Origin: Trypethelium eluteriae
Taxonomy: Eukaryota
Direction of reading: 5' to 3'
NCBI GenBank assembly: GCA_051942245.1
Contig: JAVECL010000031.1
Span: 1 to 64,000, forward strand
DNA length: 64,000 bases
In this document: in pieces, positions 12,281 through 24,763 of the stretch
How positions within the stretch are numbered: the stretch's first letter is position 1
How the letters are laid out: each line of letters begins with the position of its first letter
Translations under genes and position numbers: made by a program
The notes under the pieces: generated by a model
What the model was told of the DNA's origin: nothing
What the model saw: the letters and a program-made list of their open reading frames with translations, nothing else
Databases searched by the model: none

Positions 12281-12950
12281 ACTCTTGGGCGACTCACAGC
12301 CAGGGCATTCGGTGCCCTTCGTGAATAGGAGGCCTCCAGGTACTCAGTTTGGCGCTTGGAATCACGGATCGAGCTCTCCTCTTCGACTCAGAAAGAGGTT
12401 CTCGAAGCATGGACAGCGGTATTCTCCGATTTTCTAGCCGTATGGCGCTCACCGACGCTTACGCAGTCGCACGTGCAAGGAGGTCATTATGGGTGGACCA
12501 TTTCTCGGAAGGAGTCGTTCTTGGAATACCCCAATACCCCCGCTTCTGGGTGGAGCTACAGTACAGCACATATTTTGTAGGAAGATTTGATAACTGCCAT
12601 GGCCCGGGGTAGACGGATCTGAGGATCACGTAATAGACTATCGGAAAATGGAGTAACTGATGTTCGGTAGCAACGCCTATCCAGGTTGCGTCATCAGTGT
12701 GGTTATAACTAATAAGTTTGCAATTTATCTATCAGCAATCGCAGTGAAATGACTCTGCTCTTGACTTCTGCCTCTAAGAACATGGTGTAGTAAGACGAGG
12801 TACCAGACTAGTTGCATTACGGACCTGCTAACCTGTAGAGTCTTGTCCATTGTCAAAACACGTGCTCCCCGATGCGCTGAGTACGGAACAAAGTTGGCTG
12901 AAGCCGAAACCCGAAGCTTTCGGACTTGATTTGCCATATGGCAGCACCAG

Positions 12951-12960
12951 CGGTCACCGA
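12951..12960 (-). promoter_or_regulatory. Putative cluster-1 TF site TCGGTGACCG
   Basis: CGGTCACCGA on the + strand, ~190 bp upstream of the FMO ATG. A second copy CGCTCACCGA lies at 12446-12455. Confidence 0.6.
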
Positions 12961-13148
12961 GATGTGTTATGGGTACACCACTACCGGCGATTCTGCTCTT
13001 CTCGTCATCAAACGCTCTTCTGTTAAGCTGACGTGCAACCAGATCAGCCCAAGTACCACCCTCCTCAATGCAAAGAGGCACACAGTCAGCCATTTCTTGC
13101 GTGTGAGTTCAATCATCGGAGTGAGTGCGCACGATATCATTTCGAACC

Positions 13149-14762
13149 ATGATTTTGTCCAAAAGCTTTCTCGTTGCCTTCACTGGCTTGGCGTCTTCGG
13201 TAGCTGCGGAACTTACAGTGGCAATCTACGGAGGGGGAGTTGCAAGTGCTACTCTTGCTCAGGCCCTGAAGGGATACGATCACATCAATCTTCAGTATTA
13301 TGACCCTGCTCTCAACCTCACACCCACATCTTTCCGTCTCTTGGGCCTGAGTCCTAAAGCCTGGACAGCTCTGGATCTCATTGGTGAGGAGGCTGGTGGA
13401 GCGATCAATCGTGCAACATGGTATCCTGAGGATCCTAGCATTATCATTGTAGTACGTCCTAGTCGTCACTTCAACAGGAGCTGAGACCCGGAGGCGCCCG
13501 CTAACAGGGCTTTTTAGGGACAAGGATCAGATGCCGGAACTGTCGTCCTTGACTATGACAAGCTTCCAAACACAACGCACCATCCTGAGGTCGCCGTAGT
13601 CGATCCAGCTCCTTTCCTGATGGAGATGCTGAACGGAACGGATAAAGGACGTCTGCATCCCAACACGACGCTGCTCGAAGTCAAGAACCTTCCCAAATCA
13701 TCGCGGCATCCTCTTGAGTTGTCCTTCGATGACGGTACTACCCTTCAAGCCGACGTATTGATCGGCGACGATGGACCCGTTGGTTTCATGAGACCATATG
13801 TCCTTGGCGCTGAGAATCTTGCTTCGTATCCAGTCTTCATGAACTTTCTTTCAGCCGTCGGCCATGTTCCGCCCAAAGACGCCCATAAATTACTAGGTAG
13901 CCCGTATGGGGACATAGATTCACAACGTCGCTTTGAAAGAGTTGGAAAGGGGAGTTGGTTCTTGAACGCGTACTTGGATCAATTCTTTACTTGTCTGGGT
14001 TCATTCTATACCACAGAGAATTACAACCTATCACAATTCACCCGCCCTACCTCAAAGGACGAGCTTCAGTCTAGATTTGGCTCCTTTGAAGATGGTGATG
14101 GCATTGTCGAGGTGAGTTATGTTCTTTACTTTCCTATTGCTCCACACAGGAGTCGTGCTCGCGAACGATTTGATCCCTGACCGTGAACCCAGGTCCTTAG
14201 CAGATTCTCCGGTCTTCGACTGATCCCGGAAATCGAGCATCCTAAAGCTCCAACCTATGTCAAAGGTCTTGTGGCTATGACTGGAAATGCTGCACATACA
14301 ATGACAAACTTTCAGCAGCTTGGTCCGGGTCAGGAGCTTGAGGATGCCATGATTCTTGGCACTTTATTGCGCGAAGCTCACGATCATGATGACTTGAAAG
14401 CTGCTCTGCAGGCATATGACGAAACGCGCCGACCGCGATCTCAGAGAGTAGCTCACCAGGGGAAAAGGCTTGGTTTGCTTTGGACCGGCATGGTAGATGG
14501 AGTCGGAATCGACCCAGAGAGATTGAGACAAGCATTTCTGGACTGGCGGGAGGAAAGTGAGAGTTTCGATCTTGTGAAGCACAAGGCCGAAGCTTTGAGA
14601 ATAATGAGGAAGAATGTGAAGGCAATCGGAAAAGGCATAGGCAAGGGGCTGGGTCTGGGATTGGTCAAGCAGTGGTCTGGTCTTGAGCGAATGTCAGTGT
14701 CGGGGGCGTCTTGGTGGGTGCAACAGATGTTGGGTCAATTTCAGCAGGAGCCTTTAGGTTGA
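13149..14762 (+). CDS. elcH: FAD-dependent monooxygenase with N-terminal signal-like peptide, ElcH/CTB7-like
   Basis: Exons 13149-13451, 13518-14111, 14193-14762. Rossmann-like VAIYGGGVAS, DG motif ADVLIGDDG, GD-like motif VAMTGNAAH..GPGQELEDA, ALQAYDETRRPRS. Confidence 0.8.
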
Positions 14763-15426
14763 CTGCTTTCCTACCATTGGCCACGCATCAAAAAGTGTTG
14801 CGGAATTTCACATCGTCGCTAACACAGACAAGATTACTTATGCAGTACGGCGTCATGGTAGGAGATTGGAACTATAGTACTCGGAAATGGCTCAAGCTAG
14901 GTCGCAATTGGTCTAAGCTCATGCCAGGCCTTCGTTTGCATCCTAATATTGACATTTTGTCTTGCGGTCAATTGCATTCCATGGTCAGTTGGCATTGATG
15001 GTATTTACTCTTACAGACACTCGTGCTGCGGCTGGTGCCAAGTCTGTCCGGACTTGGAGCCAAACTTGGAAATTTAAATACCTCTTGTATCTTCGAACCC
15101 GACCTCAGAAGATTTGATAATATGCTTTTCACTGCGGCCACAGGAGAATTGCCAAGTATTCACGCTCAGTAAAAGGGCAATGGGAGTTTCCACTTCGAAG
15201 TAGTATTCATCAATAAAAGGTATCGTCGTAGAGAGCAATGCGAGAAGATTCGGTATTTCAAGTGGAATTAAATAAATACTTGACTGTGTTGACGATTGAA
15301 CGCCGAAACGAACAATGATCGCTGTTCTGCTTGCATCTTTATAGATGATGACCGCCTTTAGCCCCTTCAGTCACAAACATCAGACAGTAATCTCCTTGAT
15401 CATCCCTTTGCAGTCGTCAGCTAGGC

Positions 15427-17292
15427 TTAATAATTTTGGGGTAGCTTAAATCCACCCGGAACCTGTTTTTGAAACAATTGCGTGGGATCATATTTTTTGC
15501 TTGTCTTCCACATCTCCTCAATTGTACCTTCGCTACGACTCCCAATCGGGTCTTGCCAGCTATCCGAGTAGGTCAGTGGTAGATAGTCCCTTTGCACACC
15601 CAGAGCCTTCGCTTTCTTTGTCGCAGCGGCAAAGAGGTCCCTCACTGCGCTCTGAAACGGGCCATCTGTATCCATTTCGGAACCGTCTACTGCCATCGCC
15701 CAGTGGATAAAAAACATATTGCCTTCCGTTTGTATTGGACCAAGTGAGTCGACTGCACCACGTCGCTCAGACATAATCGTCGGCAACGGTTGATAGGCAA
15801 TCGAAACCTGGAAACCGGGCAAAGCGACAAAGGGGGCAACGGTCTGGTTTGCAAGTTGGAAGAACTCTTCCATCATTACAGCCGAGTTACCAAAGCTAAT
15901 GGTGGCGAATTGCCAGCGCTTCTTGTACGTAGATAAGGCAGCATACTCCAGAGTGAAGTCTGAGTGGTTGTCGACCCGCAGAGTATTGTCAGGTCCACCA
16001 GGGAAGATTGGAATGCGTTGGATATCGGTAAAGGGCTTAAACACTTCCGGAAATGGCTCGGGTGGGTCGCTCTTAGTATATTGAAGGCTATTGCCGACGA
16101 TCCATGCCCTCGTCATGTTGGTAATGACCAGGGTGTTGATGAAATGGACGTACTCGTCATAGGGGTGTGAAGCGATGAGACTCTCCAAGGCTTTGAAATT
16201 GGCCTTCCTGGTTCCTGCAGAGTGGAATGTCTGACCACCCCAAAATTGACCTTGCGGGAACGTTTTCAGTGTAATGGATGTGACGATGCCATAGTTATTG
16301 GAGCCGCCTCGGAGGGCTTTCCAGAGATCCGCATGCGAAGTGGCATTGGCATCAACAATGTCGCCGTTTGCGAGTACCACCTAAAGAAGTCAGACTAGGG
16401 TGACCTATCACATAAATTTGTCAGTCTTGCATACCTCAAAGTTCTCAACCACATCGCAGGTAAAACCATAGCGAGGTGAGAAGTACGAAATTCCACCTAT
16501 ATGTACCTTGGTTAGTATCGTGGATAGCTTTAAAAGGATTAGATTGAACATCTACATACAGCCCGTGGTCAAGCCACCAACGCCTACGCCACCTACTCTA
16601 CCTCCAAGTGTGGCCAAGTCAAACACATCAAGAGTTGCGAAAACCTGGTCCCATGTTTGACTAGGAGAGACAGTGATGGTCTTGTGATCTGGCGCGAGGC
16701 CAAGAGATGGCATGTTTGACAGATCGATGACCACACCCTGCTCTATGTTTGCGGCTCCAGCGTATGGAGTGTGTCTGCCCGCCTCCCTGTTAGCTTAGAC
16801 GTATGAGACGAGTAAATCTAGGGAAGCATTGACTCCAAACTTACCCTCCTCCGCGAACTGCAAATTGGCACTTATCCTGCCATATATTTGCACCAGAAGA
16901 AAGTATTGATATAGCAGTGGAGACTTCTTCGGAAGATTCAGGTAAAACGATACAATTGGGATGGATATCCACGTTTTTCAAGCTCCAATAGGAACCAACA
17001 GAATCTGAGTAAGCAGTGGCGTTGGGAAAGACGACGCGATCTTTCATCTGCTTGGATATTGCTCCGCACTTGAGGGGAAGTCAATGAAAGTCCTCAGTTC
17101 ACAGAGGTCCGAAGGAGAACTCACGCACGACCCAGAAGACGACACCGCAGCCCAAGGGCTAACGAGGCCATGCTGTCTGCTGTGTTCGTAGGAGTTTGGA
17201 CGAGCAGAGGCCTGCGAGGCTTCACCAGCATTGTAGGGTCCTACTCTAGGCAAACTCAAGATCCACTGTGGGAGATTGCCAATGACAACCAT
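15427..17292 (-). CDS. elcE: Berberine-bridge-enzyme-like FAD-linked oxidase, ElcE/CTB5-like (multi-exon)
   Basis: Exon pieces join to SC-CGAISKQMKDRVVFP..YWS..HPNCIVLP..FAVRGGG-H (flavinylation motif), GGRVGGVGVGGLTTG, LWKALRGGSNNYGIVT and C-terminal KKYDPTQLFQKQVPGGFKL. Confidence 0.87.
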
Positions 17293-17553
17293 TTTGCGGA
17301 GACGGTAATAACGAGCATACAGGTCAAAGACGCATCGAACTTCGCAGCATCAAGAGAGCTATTGAATTTGCAGTGATATCAGCAGCTTAGCCCGCCTCGA
17401 ACGGTCCCGGACAGCCAAGCCAGCACGCTCTCAAGTGGAACATAGTGTCGTACACGGTTGACATCGGATGCCATTGACCTCTCCACGCTTCCGAGCTGCT
17501 CTTCGGAAGTCCGATATGGTAGCTAAAAGGTGCCTCGGGGAGCGAATAGTGTC

Positions 17554-17564
17554 TCGGTGAGCGA
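17554..17564 (+). promoter_or_regulatory. Putative cluster-1 TF site TCGGTGAGCGA
   Basis: In the BBE/MFS divergent promoter. A related TCGGGGAGCGA lies at 17535-17545. Confidence 0.65.
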
Positions 17565-18342
17565 GATCCGTGCGCATGCAGAAATCATCGTCCATCTTGA
17601 GGCGCTGGTCGTGAATAGAAGACAATAGCCCAGTAGTCCGTACCTTCAAGTAGAGTATGGTTTCGGCGGCTGAAATCGGCTCTCGGGAAATTACTCGCCT
17701 AACTCGGCAAAGTTGGCATTGTTAAGGCGGGACTCGAGGGGTCAGGGATCAAGGGCCAGGGACTAGGGGCCTCCTTTCCCCATCGTTTCACCACCAACCC
17801 CGAATTCTCGACATAAGGAGGCTTGAAAGGCTTGGGACTTGCGGGGTGCCCAGAATTGCCCGACGTGTGGAAGATGAAGACGACGTCAGGGAGCCGAGGC
17901 AGACATCTCCAACTACTCTAGACTGAATAGCCAGACATAGCAAGTTTGAGTCGTGACTGGGCAAGTCTTGTGGAAGCCCATATGCCAGAGTAACTGTCAA
18001 GCCAGATAATTGAAGAGAATGCGGGGCTCGACGAAGTATTGATCCACGCAGAAACTGTCCACGTCAGGTTACATGGACGCGATAATCTAGACCTGAGATC
18101 GGGACTAGGAAGAGTAGGGCAGCTGCTCTGTACGTCCCGTTTCGTTGTGTAACTTGGCCATCGTAAAGCTCGTGACAAATGACACAGTGTACACTGTTTC
18201 CCTTGATAACCAACCTGTCTGCGGAATGAGGTAGGTGGAGTTGCCGTACTCTATTGATCTTCTTCCGGAACAACACATTGACAGCTTCCACCGACATACA
18301 GTACAAGAGCAGCGTCAAACACTTCTGGTAGGTGCAGCGACC

Positions 18343-20692
18343 ATGGCGAGTGACCTGACCAGCACAGAGGTCCAAAGACGCAACGACCCTGCGAATCCAT
18401 CGCAGCACGTAGAGCAGGATAGTTCCAAGTATTCTGACAGGCTGAAGTTCTTGTTACTTTTCGCAGCGTACGCATCTCTCTAGCATAATCAACCAACGTC
18501 TTGCAGATGGTGACAGCTGCTCTAGTCTATGTCTGGCTGTCCTCTGCCAAGCTCTTGTAAGTCCCTACTTGCTCCAGTGATAGCTCTAAAATCGCTACAC
18601 ACGAGCTATCAGACTGATGTCGTTCTAGGACAATACAATCATTGCCACCGCGATTCCAAGGATAACCGACGAGTTTAAGTCACTCGAAGATGTTGGGTAG
18701 GCTCGTCATTCACTCCCTATCGTACGTTTTTAGTCACGAGAATCTGACTTCCATATAGCTGGTATGGCTCGGCTTATCTTGTGAGTGGAGATGCTCTCCA
18801 ACTACACTTCTCGGTGCGTATCTGACTCCTGTCTTCACCCGAACAGCTCACTACGTGCGCCTTTCAACTTTCGTACGGCAAGCTATACAACCTCTTCCCT
18901 ATCAAATGGGTGTTCCTAGTAGCACTTGGTATCTTCGAGTTGGGCAGCCTTGTTTGTGGCGCAGCACCAAATTCTGTTGGCTTGATAATGGGTAGGGCTG
19001 TAGCCGGCATAGGTTCTGGAGGCATATTCTCAGGGGTCTGTCTAACCAACGCCACAAGAGTGCTCCATAACCTGATTCTTGCTGATTGCTTTCTGCCTTC
19101 GAATAGGCCACTCTTATCATTGCAAATTCAATTCCCCTAAATCAGCGACCTATCTACAATGGAGTCCTGGGAGGCATGTACGCCATTGCAAGCGTGGCAG
19201 GGCCTCTGTGAGTGGTCTCTTTTCGCACAACGCTAAACTAGAAGCTACCTGCTGATCGCTGTCTTTTCTCTCCACAGGATGGGAGGAGCCTTCACCGGTA
19301 GGAGCAGTCCTACCTACCGCATTCCACACCCTATTCGGACGCGCTAATTTCTCCTACATCATCTAGAATATGTCACCTGGCGACTCTGCTTTTACATTAA
19401 CTTGGCATTTGGTTTCTTGACTGCGATCGCTGTATTTCTTTTCATGACACAAAAAGATGCTGGTAAAAATCCTAGATGGTCGCTTCCGCTCAAGGAGAAG
19501 TTTCACAGTTTGGATGTTCTCGGCCTTGCAGCTCTCGTTCCCACAATAGTCTGTCTGCTGCTAGCTTTGCAGTGGGGTAATTCAAAGTATCACTGGAAGA
19601 ACGTTAGAATCATCGTATTGTTCATTCTGTCAGGACTTCTTTTCGGCGTATTCGTCGGACTTCAAGTTTGGCAGAAGGATCGAGCTACCGTGCCAATAAG
19701 TGTCATGAAGCGGCGCACCATATGGGCCTGTTCAGTCTTTTCATTCCTCATTTTTGGCTCCTTCTTGGCAATCACTTACTACCTTCCAATCTGGTTCCAA
19801 GCCATCAAAGGAAACACCGCTACCCAGAGCGGGATTCACAATCTTCCGAGCATACTAGGGACTGTCATCCTATCTTTTGTGGCAGGTGGACTTGTCTTTG
19901 CTCTCGGTTACTACACGTGGGCTTGTATCATCGCAAGTATACTGGCGTCTGTGGTGAGTCCAAGATCGCTCTATCGTTGAACGCTAGCCCATGAGATTGA
20001 CGACAAGCGAAAATTAACCTGAAGAGTCATATAGGGAGCCGGCTTACTCTCTACACTGACCCCTGAATCGAACTCAGCATATTGGATCGGTTATCAAGTG
20101 GCTTATGGCGCCGGGATTGGCTTCGTAAGTCTCTTAATCTGTGTCCAAAACGACGGAAGCCGACTGTACTTCTTACTCTCGTCAAGGGCCTGCAACAACC
20201 TCTCATCGCCGTACAGACTGCCTTGCCGGACTACCAAGTCTCGGAGGGAACTGCTATCATAATATTTGTGCAGACATTTGGTGGATCAATATTCATTTCT
20301 GTGGCACAGAATGTGTTCAATAATAAACTCATCGAGAATGTTATCGCTCAGAGAATTCCGGTTGATCCTGTCTCCCTCTTATCACAAGGCGCGACCCACA
20401 TTTCGAGTCTAGTAGATCCCGTATACCTGGACCGGTTGAAGTCGGCATACAATGAGGCGATCACACAGGTATAACACATTCCGATTCCGGTGAAATTGAC
20501 ACCGTACACTAAAGCGTATCAAAACAGACATTCTACGTCTCGGTTGCCACGGCAGGTCTGAGTATTTTCGGCAGCGCATTCATACCTTGGTTGAGTGTGA
20601 AGGAGAAGAAGCCCAAAGGGACATTTGACCGCAATGATGAAAGGCAATCGACCGAGAAAGATGCTCAAAGCGGTCAGACTTCGGGTGAGTAA
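18343..20692 (+). CDS. elcC: MFS efflux transporter, DHA2 (14-TMS, AflT/CFP-like), ElcC-equivalent; many introns
   Basis: Spliced segments [84 protein letters not shown]. Last exon 20528-20692 ends in TAA. Confidence 0.87.
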
Positions 20693-21053
20693 CAGTATTT
20701 TCATTGTTGGTAGGCGCAGGGCAGCGCCCCCATTACCTAGGGTGAAACGCTCCAGGGATTGCTTTTCGTAATTCTGGAATAGGGAGTACACGTACAATAG
20801 GATCTGCATCTAGTGAATTATAGTGCAAGCATTGACAGATGCCACGTCAAGCAAAATCAAAAGTTCTTTGCGGAATCTGTCAAATATCTAGAATCACGAA
20901 GCTCTAGATCAGTAGCATTATTGCCTGTCAGTAGACTTGGAATGAAAGGCACTGAATGAGCTCAAAAATTGGGGCAATGTGCACCGGGGAAAGTAAATCT
21001 ACCGGCATTTGCCGAGAACACCAGCTTTTGAAGGTATGCTTATAAGGCGACTT

Positions 21054-23849
21054 CTACATATCCAACACCTGCAAATCGTCGAATGGACGCTGGTCGAACA
21101 TCTTCTTTGACCCAGCAAAACTCCTCATTAGGCTTCCGAAGGCACGTTTTCTGAGGTCTTTCTCAAACATGCCCACCCTTTCTGCCGTCAACGCTCCTAC
21201 TCCCCCATCGGCGATTAGTCTTGCCAACTCTGCCGCATCTCGGAGTGCGGTATTAGCTCCGACACCACCGCAGGGCGACATTGCATGAATGGAGTCTCCG
21301 ATTAATGTTACAGTGGACGATGGGTCCCAGCATGGTATCTCTGGAGTCGCTGAAGCGACGCGCAAAGTCGAACACTGCTGGACATCTTGCATCTCGAAGA
21401 TCGACCTCAACGAGGAGTCCCACTCTTTCGTGAGTTCCAGGCTCTGACGTGCCGATTCTTCCGGTCCGCGCTCCAACGTAGCAACCTCGGCTGCGTTGCC
21501 ACTACTTGCATCGGTAAATATCTCTTTACGCCCGATCAACACCCAATAGACGTAATCCTCCGGGAGCTGCTGCATCTGGGCTCTATTTTGGGCTTCGAAC
21601 CGTATAGGTTCTGAGAGCAAAGTTAAGGGGCTATCACCAATCAAGATCGACTGGATCAAAGGTGCTCTGTCAGTGCATACCGTCATCCATTGTAATGCCC
21701 GCTTAGGATATCGCTGAAGTAGAGCTGGTGTGATGGTGGTTTTGCCGTATATACACATTGCGCCCGTGTCCACGAATTTGTGCTTTGGCAGATGCTGTTT
21801 GCGTATGATGGATCGAGAGCCGTCTGCACCGACCAGTAAACATCCAGCTGCCTGCGACCCGTCTCTGAATTTTGCGGTCACAGTGCCAGTATCTTGTCTA
21901 CTTTCATAGGACGTCAATTCTCTTCCGAATATGACCCTATCCTCAATCCCGGTCATGAGTACGGATCGAAAGGTTGCTCGATCGACCGTATAACTCGCTC
22001 GCAGCCCCTGGCGGCCCGAAAGACCTCCGCCAGCACGGCTTCTGATGCACACCCCACTGATTGGGTCGTAGTCCGTTTCGCCGACCGCCGAAACCGCGCA
22101 AGATAACTCAAAGGCTTTGTACACCGAGTCAGGGAGACTTTCTCGAAGCGCTTCAGAGGCGTCAGCTTCGAGCTTAAGTCGGTATCCCTGTGGCCGATAT
22201 GCCTCAGACAGGTCTCTCTCGAAGACAAGGAAGTCAATTCCCGCCTTCCTAAGGCCTTGTGCGAGACAAAGCCCGCCGATACCGGCTCCTATGATGAGAA
22301 TTGGCATCTGATTCCTGTCTGATTTTTGGGTGGCGTTGACATTCTCAATGTTTCCATTGATTGGTAAAGAGATGCCATCAAGGACGTGGTCATCTTCATG
22401 TGAGCTTTTTACGTGCCCATCATAATCTCCATTCGCGACAATGGAAGTCGATGAGTGTACTCCGTTCACATGAACTTCTTCTCGAAATGCCACCTGCAGA
22501 ATACCCATATTACTTCCCAATGGTTGCTCGACATGCAATATTTGAAGTCCTGCACTTCGAGTAAGTTGTTTCCAATCCTCGATCTCTCTCTCCTTAGCAT
22601 TGAAAACCTGCATCATAGTCAAGTCCCTGACCCGGAGTTGACGCTCCTGGAGGATTGGAATGGTGCCTGGCTGGGGTAGGACTGTGTCCATGATAAGAAT
22701 ACGAGCATCCGGTTTGTTCAGGGACTTTTTGAGATGTTCTAAAATTTTCGTCGCCTCAGCATCAGGCCAATCATGAATAATCATTCTTAACAGATACACA
22801 TCAGCATCAGTGACAGGTTGACGTTGGAAAAAATCATGGGCCATGAAGTCAATGCGCGATGAAAGAGTCACGTCCGAAGAGTCCAAGGACTTTTTGGCGT
22901 TGGCGATAGTCTCCGGCAGATCTTGCACAATGAATTTCAGATGAGGATATTGCTTGGCCAGAGCGATACTTCCGTGTCCAGTTGATCCCCCAACGTCGAC
23001 TACAGTAGCGCCAGATGGGAGTTTGGCCCAATCGAATCCGTTTACGAGATGTTTGAAGCTAACACCCTCTGTTGACGCAACGTTTCGCATGTAACCCGAA
23101 AACATGGTATTCATCTCCTTCTGTTGACGGAGGTGATCAAAAAAAGGCTGTCTCACGTCCATGGCCAAATTGAACGCGGTTTCGTTTTTTGCTTCGGTAT
23201 TCCCCCAGCGTTTTGTGGCTTCGGGGAATTGGTAGGCTGTTGGAGCTGAATAATTCGTCATCCATCGAGCCCAGTTCATGAAACTCTCATCTTTAACCAG
23301 AAGAGCTGAGCTGCGACTGTGAGCAACAGTCCCGGGCTCAGGTTCGTGGAGAAATCCATGGACCATGGCCATCCTGGCGACACCCTTGAGCTGAGACTCT
23401 GGAACATCTGCTGATGAAGCTAACTGCGAATAGCTGACCTTTCCTAATAGCGGAATGTGTTTGAGCACCTCCAGGCTGATAAGCCATTTGAGGCAGACTA
23501 GGTGCTGATACTGTTGGGTACAAAGTCATCAATAGGCACGGTAGTTCAGACATATTTAGCCAACGTGATCACTGGAGTGTGGACCTACATTGGCGGCCAA
23601 ATGCGGAAGATAGTCTCTGGGATCCGTCGCAAATTGCAAAAGTCGTGTAGCTGCTTCAGCTAACTCCTTGAGAGGCCTTTGCAGAGCATCATGGGCAGGA
23701 ACAGGCGAATTTAGCGCAAACAGGTCCTGGGTAGCAGTAGCCTCTTGTCCACTAGACGTCTGTAAGATTTCGAGGATTTCTTCACCAGCGGAAGAGGCTT
23801 CATGAAGTGTATTGTGAAGAATCGTCTTCGCATTCACGTCCTTAATCAT
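21054..23849 (-). CDS. elcB: Bifunctional O-methyltransferase / FAD monooxygenase fusion, ElcB/CTB3-like
   Basis: Exons 23849-23589 and 23510-21054. OMT half has VDVGGSTG and IIHDWPD. FMO half has ILIIGAGIGG, LVGADG and TLIGDSIHAMSPCGGVGANTALRDA. Divergent from the PKS. Confidence 0.93.
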
Positions 23850-24038
23850 GATGAACTAGGGAATAAAGCCAGAGCACCTAGAATTACCAGCAGTTAACAA
23901 GAGAAGAAAATTTGAGCCAACGTGCTCCACAATTTTGGAAGAGGGTAGCTTACTAGACGGAGCTCAGCTACAGGAAATAGGTAATTTCCAGAGGGGTATC
24001 TTCGGCAAAAGCCTCACTCTTGGTTCTGCTCCTTTTGT

Positions 24039-24049
24039 TCGGTGATCGG
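24039..24049 (+). promoter_or_regulatory. Putative cluster-1 TF site TCGGTGATCGG
   Basis: In the OMT-FMO/PKS divergent promoter, ~190 bp from the OMT-FMO ATG. Confidence 0.65.
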
Positions 24050-24763
24050 ACCTATTTCCCGGATGCTGTGTTAGAGTAGCTCAGGTAGATCGGTGTGCAT
24101 TCTCCGAGAGAGCTGGTGGGTACAGGTCGCACTAGGTTTGGTTCGGCATTCATCTGAGCGGCAAGACAGACGAGGCTAATCGTCGGAGTATGGCAGTCCA
24201 TATCTGAGACAGGATAACGGAGCAAGTAGAGTACCGCGGTCCCGTGAAGATGCACAGAGATGCGGTAGTCCACACGGTTGACAGGAGAATACTCATCTTT
24301 CCATGACGGCCATCCCCGATCGCTGATCTTCCCGGAGCGTCGCAAAGTCGCTTGCCGCTGATGATAGCAGAGAGTCCATGCAAACACTAGGCTACCATAC
24401 TCCCAATCAAGGAGGAAGGTAGAGTGACTTCTCGCCATGTGATGATCGTTTTCGGAGTCGTTCAATTCTGACCTAGTCGAGATGCATTCACGGTACTCAA
24501 AGTCCGGCAAGGTCCGTTAAAGTGCAAACAAGGAATCTTGTAGGAACTTTATAGTCTGGTGTGCCCGTGGGTAAAGTTGCTAGTACGTGCATTGAGCCAC
24601 TTGGTATCGAGATAGCCACGCAAGAGGTGTTGGTTCCCGGATCTCTGACAAGAGGTCTCAGAGTATGGACATCGTCTTCGCTGAGTTATCGATCCGGTAA
24701 ATTACGAGACTCTTCATTCCCATAAAGTCGTCTCTGCAGTCGCTTCGAAGCATACCCTTCACA

